Shown here: positions 56,494 through 64,000 of the stretch, piece after piece | Numbering within the stretch: position 1 is the stretch's first letter | Layout: each line of letters opens with the position of its first letter | Source of the DNA: Bdellovibrio sp. | GTDB lineage: Bacteria > Bdellovibrionota > Bdellovibrionia > Bdellovibrionales > Bdellovibrionaceae | Direction of reading: 5' to 3' | Length of the DNA stretch: 64,000 bases | NCBI GenBank assembly: GCA_036677065.1 | Contig: JAKFBS010000002.1 | Coordinates: forward strand, 416,001-480,000 | The notes under the pieces: model-generated | What the model saw: the letters and a program-made list of their open reading frames with translations, nothing else | What the model was told of the DNA's origin: nothing | Databases searched by the model: none | Program-made: the position numbers and the translations under genes

Positions 56494-58434
56494 ATGTCAG
56501 ATGCACAAAAGCCACAATTTACTCAACCAACTGATGTTAAGTCAGTTTTAGCCATGCACAAAAAACCTAAAAAAGTTGTCGTGACCGCAGGTATGCCCTA
56601 CGCGAACGGTCCACTTCATTTAGGCCATTTAGCCGGAGCGCATGTTCCGGCCGATATTTACGCGCGCTGGATGCGCATGTTAATCGGGGCTGAAAACGTT
56701 TTATTCGTTAACGGTAACGATGATCATGGTTCGACGTCTGAAGTTGCGGCTAACAAAGCTGGTAAAACCATTCGTGAATTTATCGATGCGATTCATGAAC
56801 AGCAAAAAGACACTTTAAAAAAATATTCTATTCAAACCGATGTGTTTACAGGAACTTCACGCCCTGAGACCTACCCGCTTCACGAAAAGTATTCACAAGA
56901 TTTTTTACGCCGTTTATTTAAAAACGACATGTTAGAAAAACGCATTACCAAACAATGGTTCGACCCGAAAGCTAACCGCTTTTTACAAGATCGTTTTGTT
57001 CGCGGCACGTGCCCGAATTGTCAAAGCACTGAAGCTTATTCTGACGAGTGTGATGCCTGCGGAGCTAAATTTGACCCCAATGAATTAAAAGATCCGCGCA
57101 GTCAATTAACTGATGCTACGCCTGAATTACGTGACACTGCCCACTGGTGGCTGAACATGTGGAAAGTCGCTGATCCGTTAAAGGCCTGGATTGATACAAA
57201 ACAAAAAGCTTGGCGCACAGGCGTAGTTCAAGAAGTGACGAACACGGTATTAATTGGTTGTCGTTTTGAAAATTCGCATGAGCCTGCGTACAAAATTATT
57301 AAAGACACTTTGCCAAAACATAAATCTCGTTATGTGCCTGGTAAAAAAGTTGAATGTTTATTTGATAACAAAGCTGATCTTGCTTCGGCGCAAGCTACCC
57401 TTGAGGCTGCGGGTATTCCATCAACCATCACTGATAAATGGGGCTTTCGCCCGATCACACGTGATGTTTCTAATGGCATTCCTGTTCCGCCTGAACTTGA
57501 TCCAGAGATGCAAGGTAAAACACTTTACGTGTGGCCGGATTCATTAATTGCGCCGATTGTGTTTTCACAAGTTGCACTTAAACAATCTGGTCGTGATCCA
57601 GAATCGTACAAAGATTTCTGGTGTGATCCAGAAGCCACGGTTGTGCAATTCTTAGGGCAAGATAATGTTTTTTTCTATGTGATCATGCAAGGGTCTATGT
57701 GGTTAGGCCAACAAGCCAACACCCAAATTCAACCGCCTCAGGGTGAATTACAGATGACAGAAATCTTAAGCGTTTTTCATTTAATGGTGAACGGCGAAAA
57801 GATGAGTAAATCAACTGGCAATTTTTATTCTGGCGATCAACTTTTAGATATGGGTTACGGCGCAGATCAAATTCGTTATTACTTAGCGATGCTGTCGCTT
57901 CCGGTAAAAGCATCGAATTTTGATTTCGCGCACTTTGCTGAACGGAATAAATTTTTAGCGGGTCCGTTAAATGCGGCTTTAGAAAAACCAATCTCTGCGT
58001 GTATTTCAAAATTCGGTGGAACTGTTCCTGAAGGAAAATTAATTGGCAAAGCAGAAGCCGAAACTGTGAAGCTTGTGCAAATGTATTTACGCTCAATGCA
58101 AAAAGGTGATTATTCGACATTGTTAGGACAAATCGAAAACTACGCGCGCCAAATTAATTCTCTATTCACTCAGTTTAAACCGCATGATGATCGTGGTGTT
58201 GAAGCTGATCGTAAGGACGCTTTATTTACATGTTTCTATGTTTTAAAGAATTTAATGATTATGCTTGCGCCATTTGCGCCAAGCACGATGAATGAACTTC
58301 GTCTGTCGTTGAATTTGCCTGAAAGCGCAATGGCGGCATCTGAACTTGGCACAGGAATTCCTGCAGGACACAAGATCAATGAAAAGCGCACTTACTTTCC
58401 GGCTGTGGCTGACGCCGTAGCGGAAGAAACTTAG
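56494..58434 (+). CDS. metG: methionine--tRNA ligase (no C-terminal tRNA-binding domain)
   Basis: PYANG.LHLGH, zinc knuckle CPNC...CDAC, YVWPD, KMSKS. Confidence 0.95.
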   Translation: MSDAQKPQFTQPTDVKSVLAMHKKPKKVVVTAGMPYANGPLHLGHLAGAHVPADIYARWMRMLIGAENVLFVNGNDDHGSTSEVAANKAGKTIREFIDAIHEQQKDTLKKYSIQTDVFTGTSRPETYPLHEKYSQDFLRRLFKNDMLEKRITKQWFDPKANRFLQDRFVRGTCPNCQSTEAYSDECDACGAKFDPNELKDPRSQLTDATPELRDTAHWWLNMWKVADPLKAWIDTKQKAWRTGVVQEVTNTVLIGCRFENSHEPAYKIIKDTLPKHKSRYVPGKKVECLFDNKADLASAQATLEAAGIPSTITDKWGFRPITRDVSNGIPVPPELDPEMQGKTLYVWPDSLIAPIVFSQVALKQSGRDPESYKDFWCDPEATVVQFLGQDNVFFYVIMQGSMWLGQQANTQIQPPQGELQMTEILSVFHLMVNGEKMSKSTGNFYSGDQLLDMGYGADQIRYYLAMLSLPVKASNFDFAHFAERNKFLAGPLNAALEKPISACISKFGGTVPEGKLIGKAEAETVKLVQMYLRSMQKGDYSTLLGQIENYARQINSLFTQFKPHDDRGVEADRKDALFTCFYVLKNLMIMLAPFAPSTMNELRLSLNLPESAMAASELGTGIPAGHKINEKRTYFPAVADAVAEET

Positions 58435-58463
58435 GGCTAATCTGCCACACAAAATTTCCCCAT

Positions 58464-58498
58464 AAAACTGCAATTATTTTTGGATGATTGCAGTTTTT
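58464..58498 (+). terminator. probable intrinsic terminator after metG
   Basis: AAAACTGCAATTAT...ATGATTGCAGTTTTT. Confidence 0.7.
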
Positions 58499-58556
58499 AT
58501 TTTTTCGGCTTAAAAACCTACGCCATATTTAAACCTCATTTAAAAAAGGAAAGTCT

Positions 58557-59243
58557 ATGGCTATTTCAAAATTTACAATCGCGTTTACATGTTGTTCATT
58601 GCTAACTTTAACCGCTTCAGCGCTTACTGAAACTGTTGGTCTTTATAAAGTTACGGCTAACTATTACAGACCCGATTTTTTAGATCGCGGAATCAATGTT
58701 AAGCTCAGTAAAATTCATGATCAGCTTAGCTACGCTATTGCAGTAAAACTTGAAGACCGAAAAATCATCACGACCATCTCTGCAGTCCAAGATGGGAAAA
58801 CCACCTACCTAGAAGATATGGAACCTAGTTTTGCTGTTGGTGAATTCTGCAAAGGCGTGCAAGCGCCGATTGGCGAATACGAAGCTTTCACATTGCAGAC
58901 TGCACCCCAAGCGCAAGCCGACTACAATCCTGCAAACTCACCACCACTGAATATTCCTAAGCCGCCAGGAACTCCGGCCTTCCCGCCTGGATTTCCGCAA
59001 CGTAAAGGATCATATAAAATCAGCACTCACCTTTCTGGCATTGAACATTTGCGAGGCTGGGATTTCAAAGTGGATTCGCCTGCTTGTAATATTAAAAACA
59101 TTTCAGAAGAAGATTCAGAAGTTCAGATCACTGGCGAAGTTAGTTTTGATAGTAAGCAATTAAAAGCTGATAAAAAAGCTTTAATTATTGATAAAACTGA
59201 AAATGGCTTCGGCTGGGTATTTACAATTACGCAAGTGCAGTAG
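58557..59243 (+). CDS. secreted hypothetical protein with a Pro-rich loop
   Basis: Signal peptide, AAGGA RBS, PPLNIPKPPGTPAFPPGFP segment. Confidence 0.7.
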   Translation: MAISKFTIAFTCCSLLTLTASALTETVGLYKVTANYYRPDFLDRGINVKLSKIHDQLSYAIAVKLEDRKIITTISAVQDGKTTYLEDMEPSFAVGEFCKGVQAPIGEYEAFTLQTAPQAQADYNPANSPPLNIPKPPGTPAFPPGFPQRKGSYKISTHLSGIEHLRGWDFKVDSPACNIKNISEEDSEVQITGEVSFDSKQLKADKKALIIDKTENGFGWVFTITQVQ

Positions 59244-59245
59244 AA

Positions 59246-59623
59246 TTATTTAGCTGTCTTAGTCTTAATTTTAGTAAGCTCGGTTTCTTGCTGATAAACT
59301 TTAACGTCATAAAAACCGTTATTGTATTTTTTGATTTCGATTAATTCAGCTGTGCCAATATAGGAAAACACGCTCTTATCTACTTTAATGACAGCGACGA
59401 CCTTATGGTTATCTTTGGATTTTAACCCGTCGACAAGTTTGCCGCTTAGTTTAAAGTTTGTTTCGTTATCGGTATTGCGATTGATCGTTAAAAAAACATC
59501 AGTCTTGTTCTGAACTGTCAGATACCCTTCTAACTCATAGGTACCGATATCAAACTGTAACAGCGCCTGTGCTTGAAAGAAGAATAACCATACTGCTGTG
59601 AATAGAAATATTTTTTTACTCAT
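59246..59623 (-). CDS. secreted hypothetical protein
   Basis: Signal peptide (AQA), TAATG-coupled to the upstream peptidase. Confidence 0.7.
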   Translation of the reverse strand: MSKKIFLFTAVWLFFFQAQALLQFDIGTYELEGYLTVQNKTDVFLTINRNTDNETNFKLSGKLVDGLKSKDNHKVVAVIKVDKSVFSYIGTAELIEIKKYNNGFYDVKVYQQETELTKIKTKTAK

Positions 59624-60957
59624 TAGATACTTCTTTCCATGCAGGCTTTTAGTTTACGGTATTTTTCAAGCTGTTCTGGGCTTGCTGATTGTAAGAATTT
59701 AATTTGATTTTGATAATTAAGAATATATTCGTTTAAATTTTTATTTTTTGTTTCATAGATCTTTTTGGTTTCTTCAAGGGCATCAGCTTTTTTATTAAAT
59801 GTGGCATAGGCCAAATCCTTTTCAGGGCCTTCTTTCATATTAAATAATTTCTGATGCACGCTGCTCATTTCATTTCGGGTGCGGCGGTATTCATTATCTA
59901 AAAAATCTGTCTGTTTAAATTTTGAAGACTTTAGGTTTTTTTGTGTTTGTTCAATCTGCGCTTTTACAGCTAATACTTCAGCTTCAGCAGCTAAAGGCTC
60001 GGCCACGTTTTTTGCGGCATTGGCTGAACCTGCAGGATTTACCGAAGTACAAACCGGTTTCGCAGTCTTTGCTTTTTTTAATTCATTGCCGACAAAATAA
60101 TCTAAACTATTCATAGAGCCGACATTTTCAGGAAATATATCAACGGCCCTGGCATCTTGATAGCTTTCATAAAAGCTTTTTTTACCAAGGCCACTTGCAT
60201 AAGCTCCGGCAAAAGGACTGGTATCTAATTTTGATTTACTGAAGTGCTTTGAATCAACTTGCGAAACCACACAAGTATTTAAATCAGGATCAGTTAATTC
60301 GACAAGCTTTCCGCCATAACAGATATTATTAGCGATTTGTACCGTTACTCCCGGCGGCAGCAACTTGATCATTTCTTTGAGCTGGTCAACACTCATGGTT
60401 TTTGACCGCATCGTCGTTACGCCGTGCTGTTTTTCAATAGCGCGGTCTTCTGCAGTTTTTTCGGCCTCAGGTTTGGGCTCATGCCCCCACATAACCACAT
60501 TGCCTTTAGTGCTGCCGTGATCAGTTACATAAAGACTAACAATGTCGCCGGGCTTAGCTTTAGCGGCGATGCTTAAAAACGCTTTTTTTAAGTCTTCAAC
60601 ATTTGCAGGCCCATTGACATCAATATTTTCATTTTTTTTGAAAGAGCTGGCAGCATTAAACGTAAGGTCTTTTTTTCCACGCGTAAAATCTTTATCCAAA
60701 ACACCAAGTTTTCTAGTGTCGTTGGTTTTCGAGTTACCGCTGGCAAAAAAAGTATAAATATCTGTTCTATCAACACCGTTATCGATAAAAGCTTTGTGCA
60801 TTTTAGTCGTAGTTTCGTAATAACGATAGTGATTGCTCTCATTAGCAGCTCCACCACTCAGAATAATCCCGTAGGTTTTTGCCGGCGAACTTTGCTGTTG
60901 GGCCCAAGCTATGTGAAATAAAAATATAATAGATGCCAGTACTAGAGCGCTTTTCAT
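59623..60957 (-). CDS. secreted clan CD cysteine peptidase (C13 legumain/caspase-like)
   Basis: GD.V.LYVTDHG (His) and NICYGG (Cys) dyad, IILSGG...N..RY; C-terminal coiled coil. Confidence 0.75.
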   Translation of the reverse strand: MKSALVLASIIFLFHIAWAQQQSSPAKTYGIILSGGAANESNHYRYYETTTKMHKAFIDNGVDRTDIYTFFASGNSKTNDTRKLGVLDKDFTRGKKDLTFNAASSFKKNENIDVNGPANVEDLKKAFLSIAAKAKPGDIVSLYVTDHGSTKGNVVMWGHEPKPEAEKTAEDRAIEKQHGVTTMRSKTMSVDQLKEMIKLLPPGVTVQIANNICYGGKLVELTDPDLNTCVVSQVDSKHFSKSKLDTSPFAGAYASGLGKKSFYESYQDARAVDIFPENVGSMNSLDYFVGNELKKAKTAKPVCTSVNPAGSANAAKNVAEPLAAEAEVLAVKAQIEQTQKNLKSSKFKQTDFLDNEYRRTRNEMSSVHQKLFNMKEGPEKDLAYATFNKKADALEETKKIYETKNKNLNEYILNYQNQIKFLQSASPEQLEKYRKLKACMERSI

Positions 60958-61017
60958 TTAGCTAGTATACTACGAAGCCTTACAAAACACGCTAGACTTT
61001 GGGCGCGAAAAGATTAA

Positions 61018-61464
61018 TTAAGTATTACAATGCGCAGTTAATTTTGAGTGACGATGCTCAAAGAATTTTTGAATAACAAATTTAGTTGTTTTTTTAAACC
61101 GTCGCGGCTCAAAAGTCAGCTCATCGATGACCGAAGTCTCGGTCGAACTCACAGCCACGATCTTACGTTCGTGGCGCCAGTATTTCATTGAGGCCATATT
61201 TGACTCTTCGACAAAACCTTTAAACGGCACTAAACTTGTCAATTGCAGATCTGTATGATCAATCGGAAAAACCCCGAATAACAACACCCAACTGCGAAAA
61301 CCGCTTTTTCTTGGGTAGATATCACTTAGGGTTTTAAAGCCCTTCGGTGCAGTCAAGCGCATCAAAGGCATCATCTCACGGGTTAAACCCTCTAGAGACG
61401 TAATGCTCTTCCAAACTTGTTCTGGCGTGGCTTTAAGGTGGGATTCGAATCTTAAATTAATCAT
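61018..61464 (-). CDS. SRPBCC-like hypothetical protein
   Basis: FES.L.A..E.VW, F.E.S......WRHER.I, D.L.F.P, F.HRH; start ATG 61464. Confidence 0.7.
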   Translation of the reverse strand: MINLRFESHLKATPEQVWKSITSLEGLTREMMPLMRLTAPKGFKTLSDIYPRKSGFRSWVLLFGVFPIDHTDLQLTSLVPFKGFVEESNMASMKYWRHERKIVAVSSTETSVIDELTFEPRRFKKTTKFVIQKFFEHRHSKLTAHCNT

Positions 61465-61478
61465 CCCGTTTAGTATGA

Positions 61479-62060
61479 TTAAAATCTTGGTCTTTCGCAA
61501 ACGCCTTTAGCTTGGCAGTCGATAATATCGGTGCGCATTTTCATTAACTCGGGCAATGTGTATGGCAATTCGTATTGGTAACCCGCAGCCTTAGAGTTTT
61601 TCTGACCGATGAATAAAAAGTTATTCGTCTTGTTGAACTGAGTTTTTGTCAATTTTCTGTTTTTATCTTGTAACCAACGAAATTGCAGAGCTTTAGGCGA
61701 ATGAACATGTTCCATAAAACGTTTACGTTGTTCTTTGGCTTTTTTCATTCCACTTTTTGGAGACGTGTAACATTTAACTTCAGCGATTAATGTGGCGATT
61801 TGAGTTTTATTGTCAAAAACCACTAAGTCTAATTCACCGATCGTGTTACCCGTTTTATCAGCATATTGAATGCCGACAACGACTAAATGATCTGGCATTG
61901 GGTATTTTTCAGAAAAACGAAGACGAGCTACTTCTTCACAGATTGTGCCGGTTGCATCGTAATTACGACCACCATTTTTTAGCGCTTCGAAGTCTTCAGT
62001 TAACCCAGCAAAACAAACTTGAGAAATAAATAAAAGACCTAAAATCGCTAAAAACCGCAT
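61479..62060 (-). CDS. secreted protein with a PD-(D/E)xK nuclease-like motif
   Basis: Signal peptide; G.ICE, GELDLVV, IAEVK, KA.EQ..RF. Confidence 0.6.
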   Translation of the reverse strand: MRFLAILGLLFISQVCFAGLTEDFEALKNGGRNYDATGTICEEVARLRFSEKYPMPDHLVVVGIQYADKTGNTIGELDLVVFDNKTQIATLIAEVKCYTSPKSGMKKAKEQRKRFMEHVHSPKALQFRWLQDKNRKLTKTQFNKTNNFLFIGQKNSKAAGYQYELPYTLPELMKMRTDIIDCQAKGVCERPRF

Positions 62061-62187
62061 ATAGCCTCCGAAGTGAAGATCTTAGGTATCGCACTCTATC
62101 CGCACAGGCAAATAGTGTGTTTTTAGAGGTCAAAAAATACACGCCAAAAGCTTGAATCTACGCTCTATAAGGCTTTAGACTAAACCA

Positions 62188-62676
62188 ATGCATATTTTAA
62201 ACATCTACAAAGAGTCTCTAAAAGCTGCCGGTCGCACAAATTACAGAGGCGGAGTTCTTGAGTTAGCCGAAACTTTTGGAGCTAAAAAACTTGGCTTTCA
62301 TGTTGAGACTTTAGATCCAAAAAATTTCTCGTGCCCGTATCATTACCATGAACAAGAAGAAGAGCTTTTTTTAGTTTTAGAAGGCGAAGCCATTGTTCGC
62401 AAAAATAATGAATTTCGCAAAGTTGGCCCTGGCGATATTATTTTTTACGAAGTTGGCAAAAGCTCTGCGCACAATATGTATAACTTTACTGACAAACCTT
62501 TTAAATTTTTAGCAATTTCAAATAATAGCGACACAGATATTTGCCACTACCCTGATTCGAAAAAAAGAAATGAATCAGGCAAAGTTACGCAAAATGGGGT
62601 TGTTGTCGATTACTTTCATGACGAAGAAGATCCAGCAAAGTACTGGCCTGCGCATGCACTACGCGGTGAACTTTGA
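62188..62676 (+). CDS. cupin domain protein
   Basis: PYHYH...EELFLVLEG, GD.I......AH, YPDS.K. Confidence 0.9.
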   Translation: MHILNIYKESLKAAGRTNYRGGVLELAETFGAKKLGFHVETLDPKNFSCPYHYHEQEEELFLVLEGEAIVRKNNEFRKVGPGDIIFYEVGKSSAHNMYNFTDKPFKFLAISNNSDTDICHYPDSKKRNESGKVTQNGVVVDYFHDEEDPAKYWPAHALRGEL

Positions 62677-62750
62677 GAAGTTTGTGCTAGTCAAACTCCA
62701 TTCCTTGCCTATAACACTAACTAGCCCACTGCTATACTAGAGCCATCCAC

Positions 62751-62957
62751 ATGGAGGGTTTTATGAACGATGCTGTATTCACTGTTTTTACTGGCGGCAT
62801 TGCCGTGTTCTTTGCAGCAAGCCTTGTGTATGTTTGTTTTCTTATCTTTTTACCTGAATGGGTTGGCGTAACTGGTAAAGTCGCCCTTGATGCCGAGAAA
62901 AGTCATACCAAAGGATCAGCTGACGAAGAGGCTGGCTTCGGAAAAAACATTAATTAA
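62751..62957 (+). CDS. small membrane protein
   Basis: One TM helix followed by PEWVGVTG; the real start may be ATG 62763 after GGAGG. Confidence 0.65.
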   Translation: MEGFMNDAVFTVFTGGIAVFFAASLVYVCFLIFLPEWVGVTGKVALDAEKSHTKGSADEEAGFGKNIN

Positions 62958-63807
62958 CTAATTTTACCTTTGCGCGAAACTTTGCCGGCGATGATTTTGC
63001 GGCCTTAGTGAAAAATCGCGTAAAGTAATTCGCATCATCAAAACCTAAGGCATAGCCGACTTCGGCCACACTCAGCTCTGAATACGATAACAATCTTTTA
63101 GCTTCTAAAATAAAACGCTCTTGAATCACAGTTTTTGGCGATTTCTTTAACGCCCGACTGACCTGCATGGTTAAGGCTTTCGGAGTCATATGCATCTTCT
63201 TTGCGTAAAATCCCACAAGGTGTTCGGTCTGATAATTTTCATCAACTAACTTTTGAAAACGCTCAATCACACTTGAAGTATTATGTTGCGCAACACTTGT
63301 TGAAACGCGAACTAATTGCACTAATAAATTTTGCAGCAGACCTTCTAAGCACGCTTCGAACTGTGGTTTCTGCGTATTAAATTCTTTAAGCATCAATTCA
63401 CAGACGTCTAAAAAATCACTCCACTGGCTTTCTGATTTAAATTTGATGGCATCTTCGATGGCTGGCACTTGTTTTAATAAAAATAATGACTTAGCAGAAA
63501 TAGATGGCAATGATTCTCGGGTGAATTCGATCACGATACCTTCGGCCCCTTTAGCAAAAACCCACGCGTGCACTTGGCCTGGCTTCATAAAAAAGATCTG
63601 GCGATTGTTGATTTTATGCTTAGCAAAATCGATGTCGTGCCAACCTTTACCTTTGGTTACAAACGTTAACTGGTAGAAATCATGGCGATGCGGAAAATCA
63701 ACTTTTGGCTTTAATCTTTCTGAAAGTTTTTCGACTCGGATTTCGCCAGCAGTGGCTTTTATAATGCCTAACGCTTCGATGGGATGAAGAATATTAATTG
63801 ATTTCAT
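62950..63807 (-). CDS. AraC family transcriptional regulator
   Basis: PHRHDFY cupin sensor; C-terminal LGF.D.NYF.RFF.K....SP..FR. Confidence 0.93.
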   Translation of the reverse strand: MKSINILHPIEALGIIKATAGEIRVEKLSERLKPKVDFPHRHDFYQLTFVTKGKGWHDIDFAKHKINNRQIFFMKPGQVHAWVFAKGAEGIVIEFTRESLPSISAKSLFLLKQVPAIEDAIKFKSESQWSDFLDVCELMLKEFNTQKPQFEACLEGLLQNLLVQLVRVSTSVAQHNTSSVIERFQKLVDENYQTEHLVGFYAKKMHMTPKALTMQVSRALKKSPKTVIQERFILEAKRLLSYSELSVAEVGYALGFDDANYFTRFFTKAAKSSPAKFRAKVKLVN

Positions 63808-63875
63808 GATTGCACAATCATGCCCGATGCGACCTTGATTGACCACACTTGTTACTACCCGTTATGATTTTATCT

Positions 63876-64000
63876 ATGAGTGATATTGCAGAGATCGAAA
63901 TTGGGATTTGTTCAAGTTGTATGGCTAAATGGGCTGATACAAAGACTCCTCCTGAATTTGATAAATTCGTCGATAAAGTTAAAGCTGAGCTTCAAGCAAA
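63876..64000 (+). CDS. partial ORF with N-terminal CxxC (possibly DUF1636-like metal-binding protein)
   Basis: MSDIAEIEIGICSSCMAKW..., open to the window end; preceded by TTGACC-N18-TATGAT; divergent from AraC. Confidence 0.5.
   Translation, partial: MSDIAEIEIGICSSCMAKWADTKTPPEFDKFVDKVKAELQA

Noticed and set aside
62101..62187. GCACAGGCAAA...hairpin...GCCAAAAGC resembling a c-di-GMP-I riboswitch
   Set aside because: No GNRA tetraloop or receptor and no proper P3; the region is better explained as a divergent promoter (TTGAAT-N18-TAGACT).

Overview
AT-rich bacterial chromosome segment. Gene content and style (many secreted hypotheticals, sigma28/sigma54-like promoters, VKOR-DsbA fusion, DUF4360) suggest a Bdellovibrionales predator; this is inference, not a database result. 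The first ~33 kb is mostly housekeeping: guaA (partial), guaB, miaB, thiolase-scoA-scoB, pyk, HU, lptD, the ffh-rpsP-khpA-rimM-trmD-rplS-rnhB-yraN cluster, an ABC transporter, prfC and trhO. The rest is largely accessory: a sigma54-type stress cluster with a tandemly duplicated promoter-microprotein-terminator unit, tRNA-fMet, a six-gene NfrB/WecB-type surface glycan operon, a MerR/secreted lactonase-like pair, metG and several secreted putative hydrolases. The most intriguing locus (50.5-53.7 kb) combines a divergent LuxI/FeeM-like acyltransferase, a fatty-acid desaturase, a stand-alone PAS protein and an XRE regulator, and looks like an undescribed lipid-signal synthesis and sensing cassette. 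No CRISPR array, rRNA, transposase or integrase was seen. All family calls come from motif recognition by eye.
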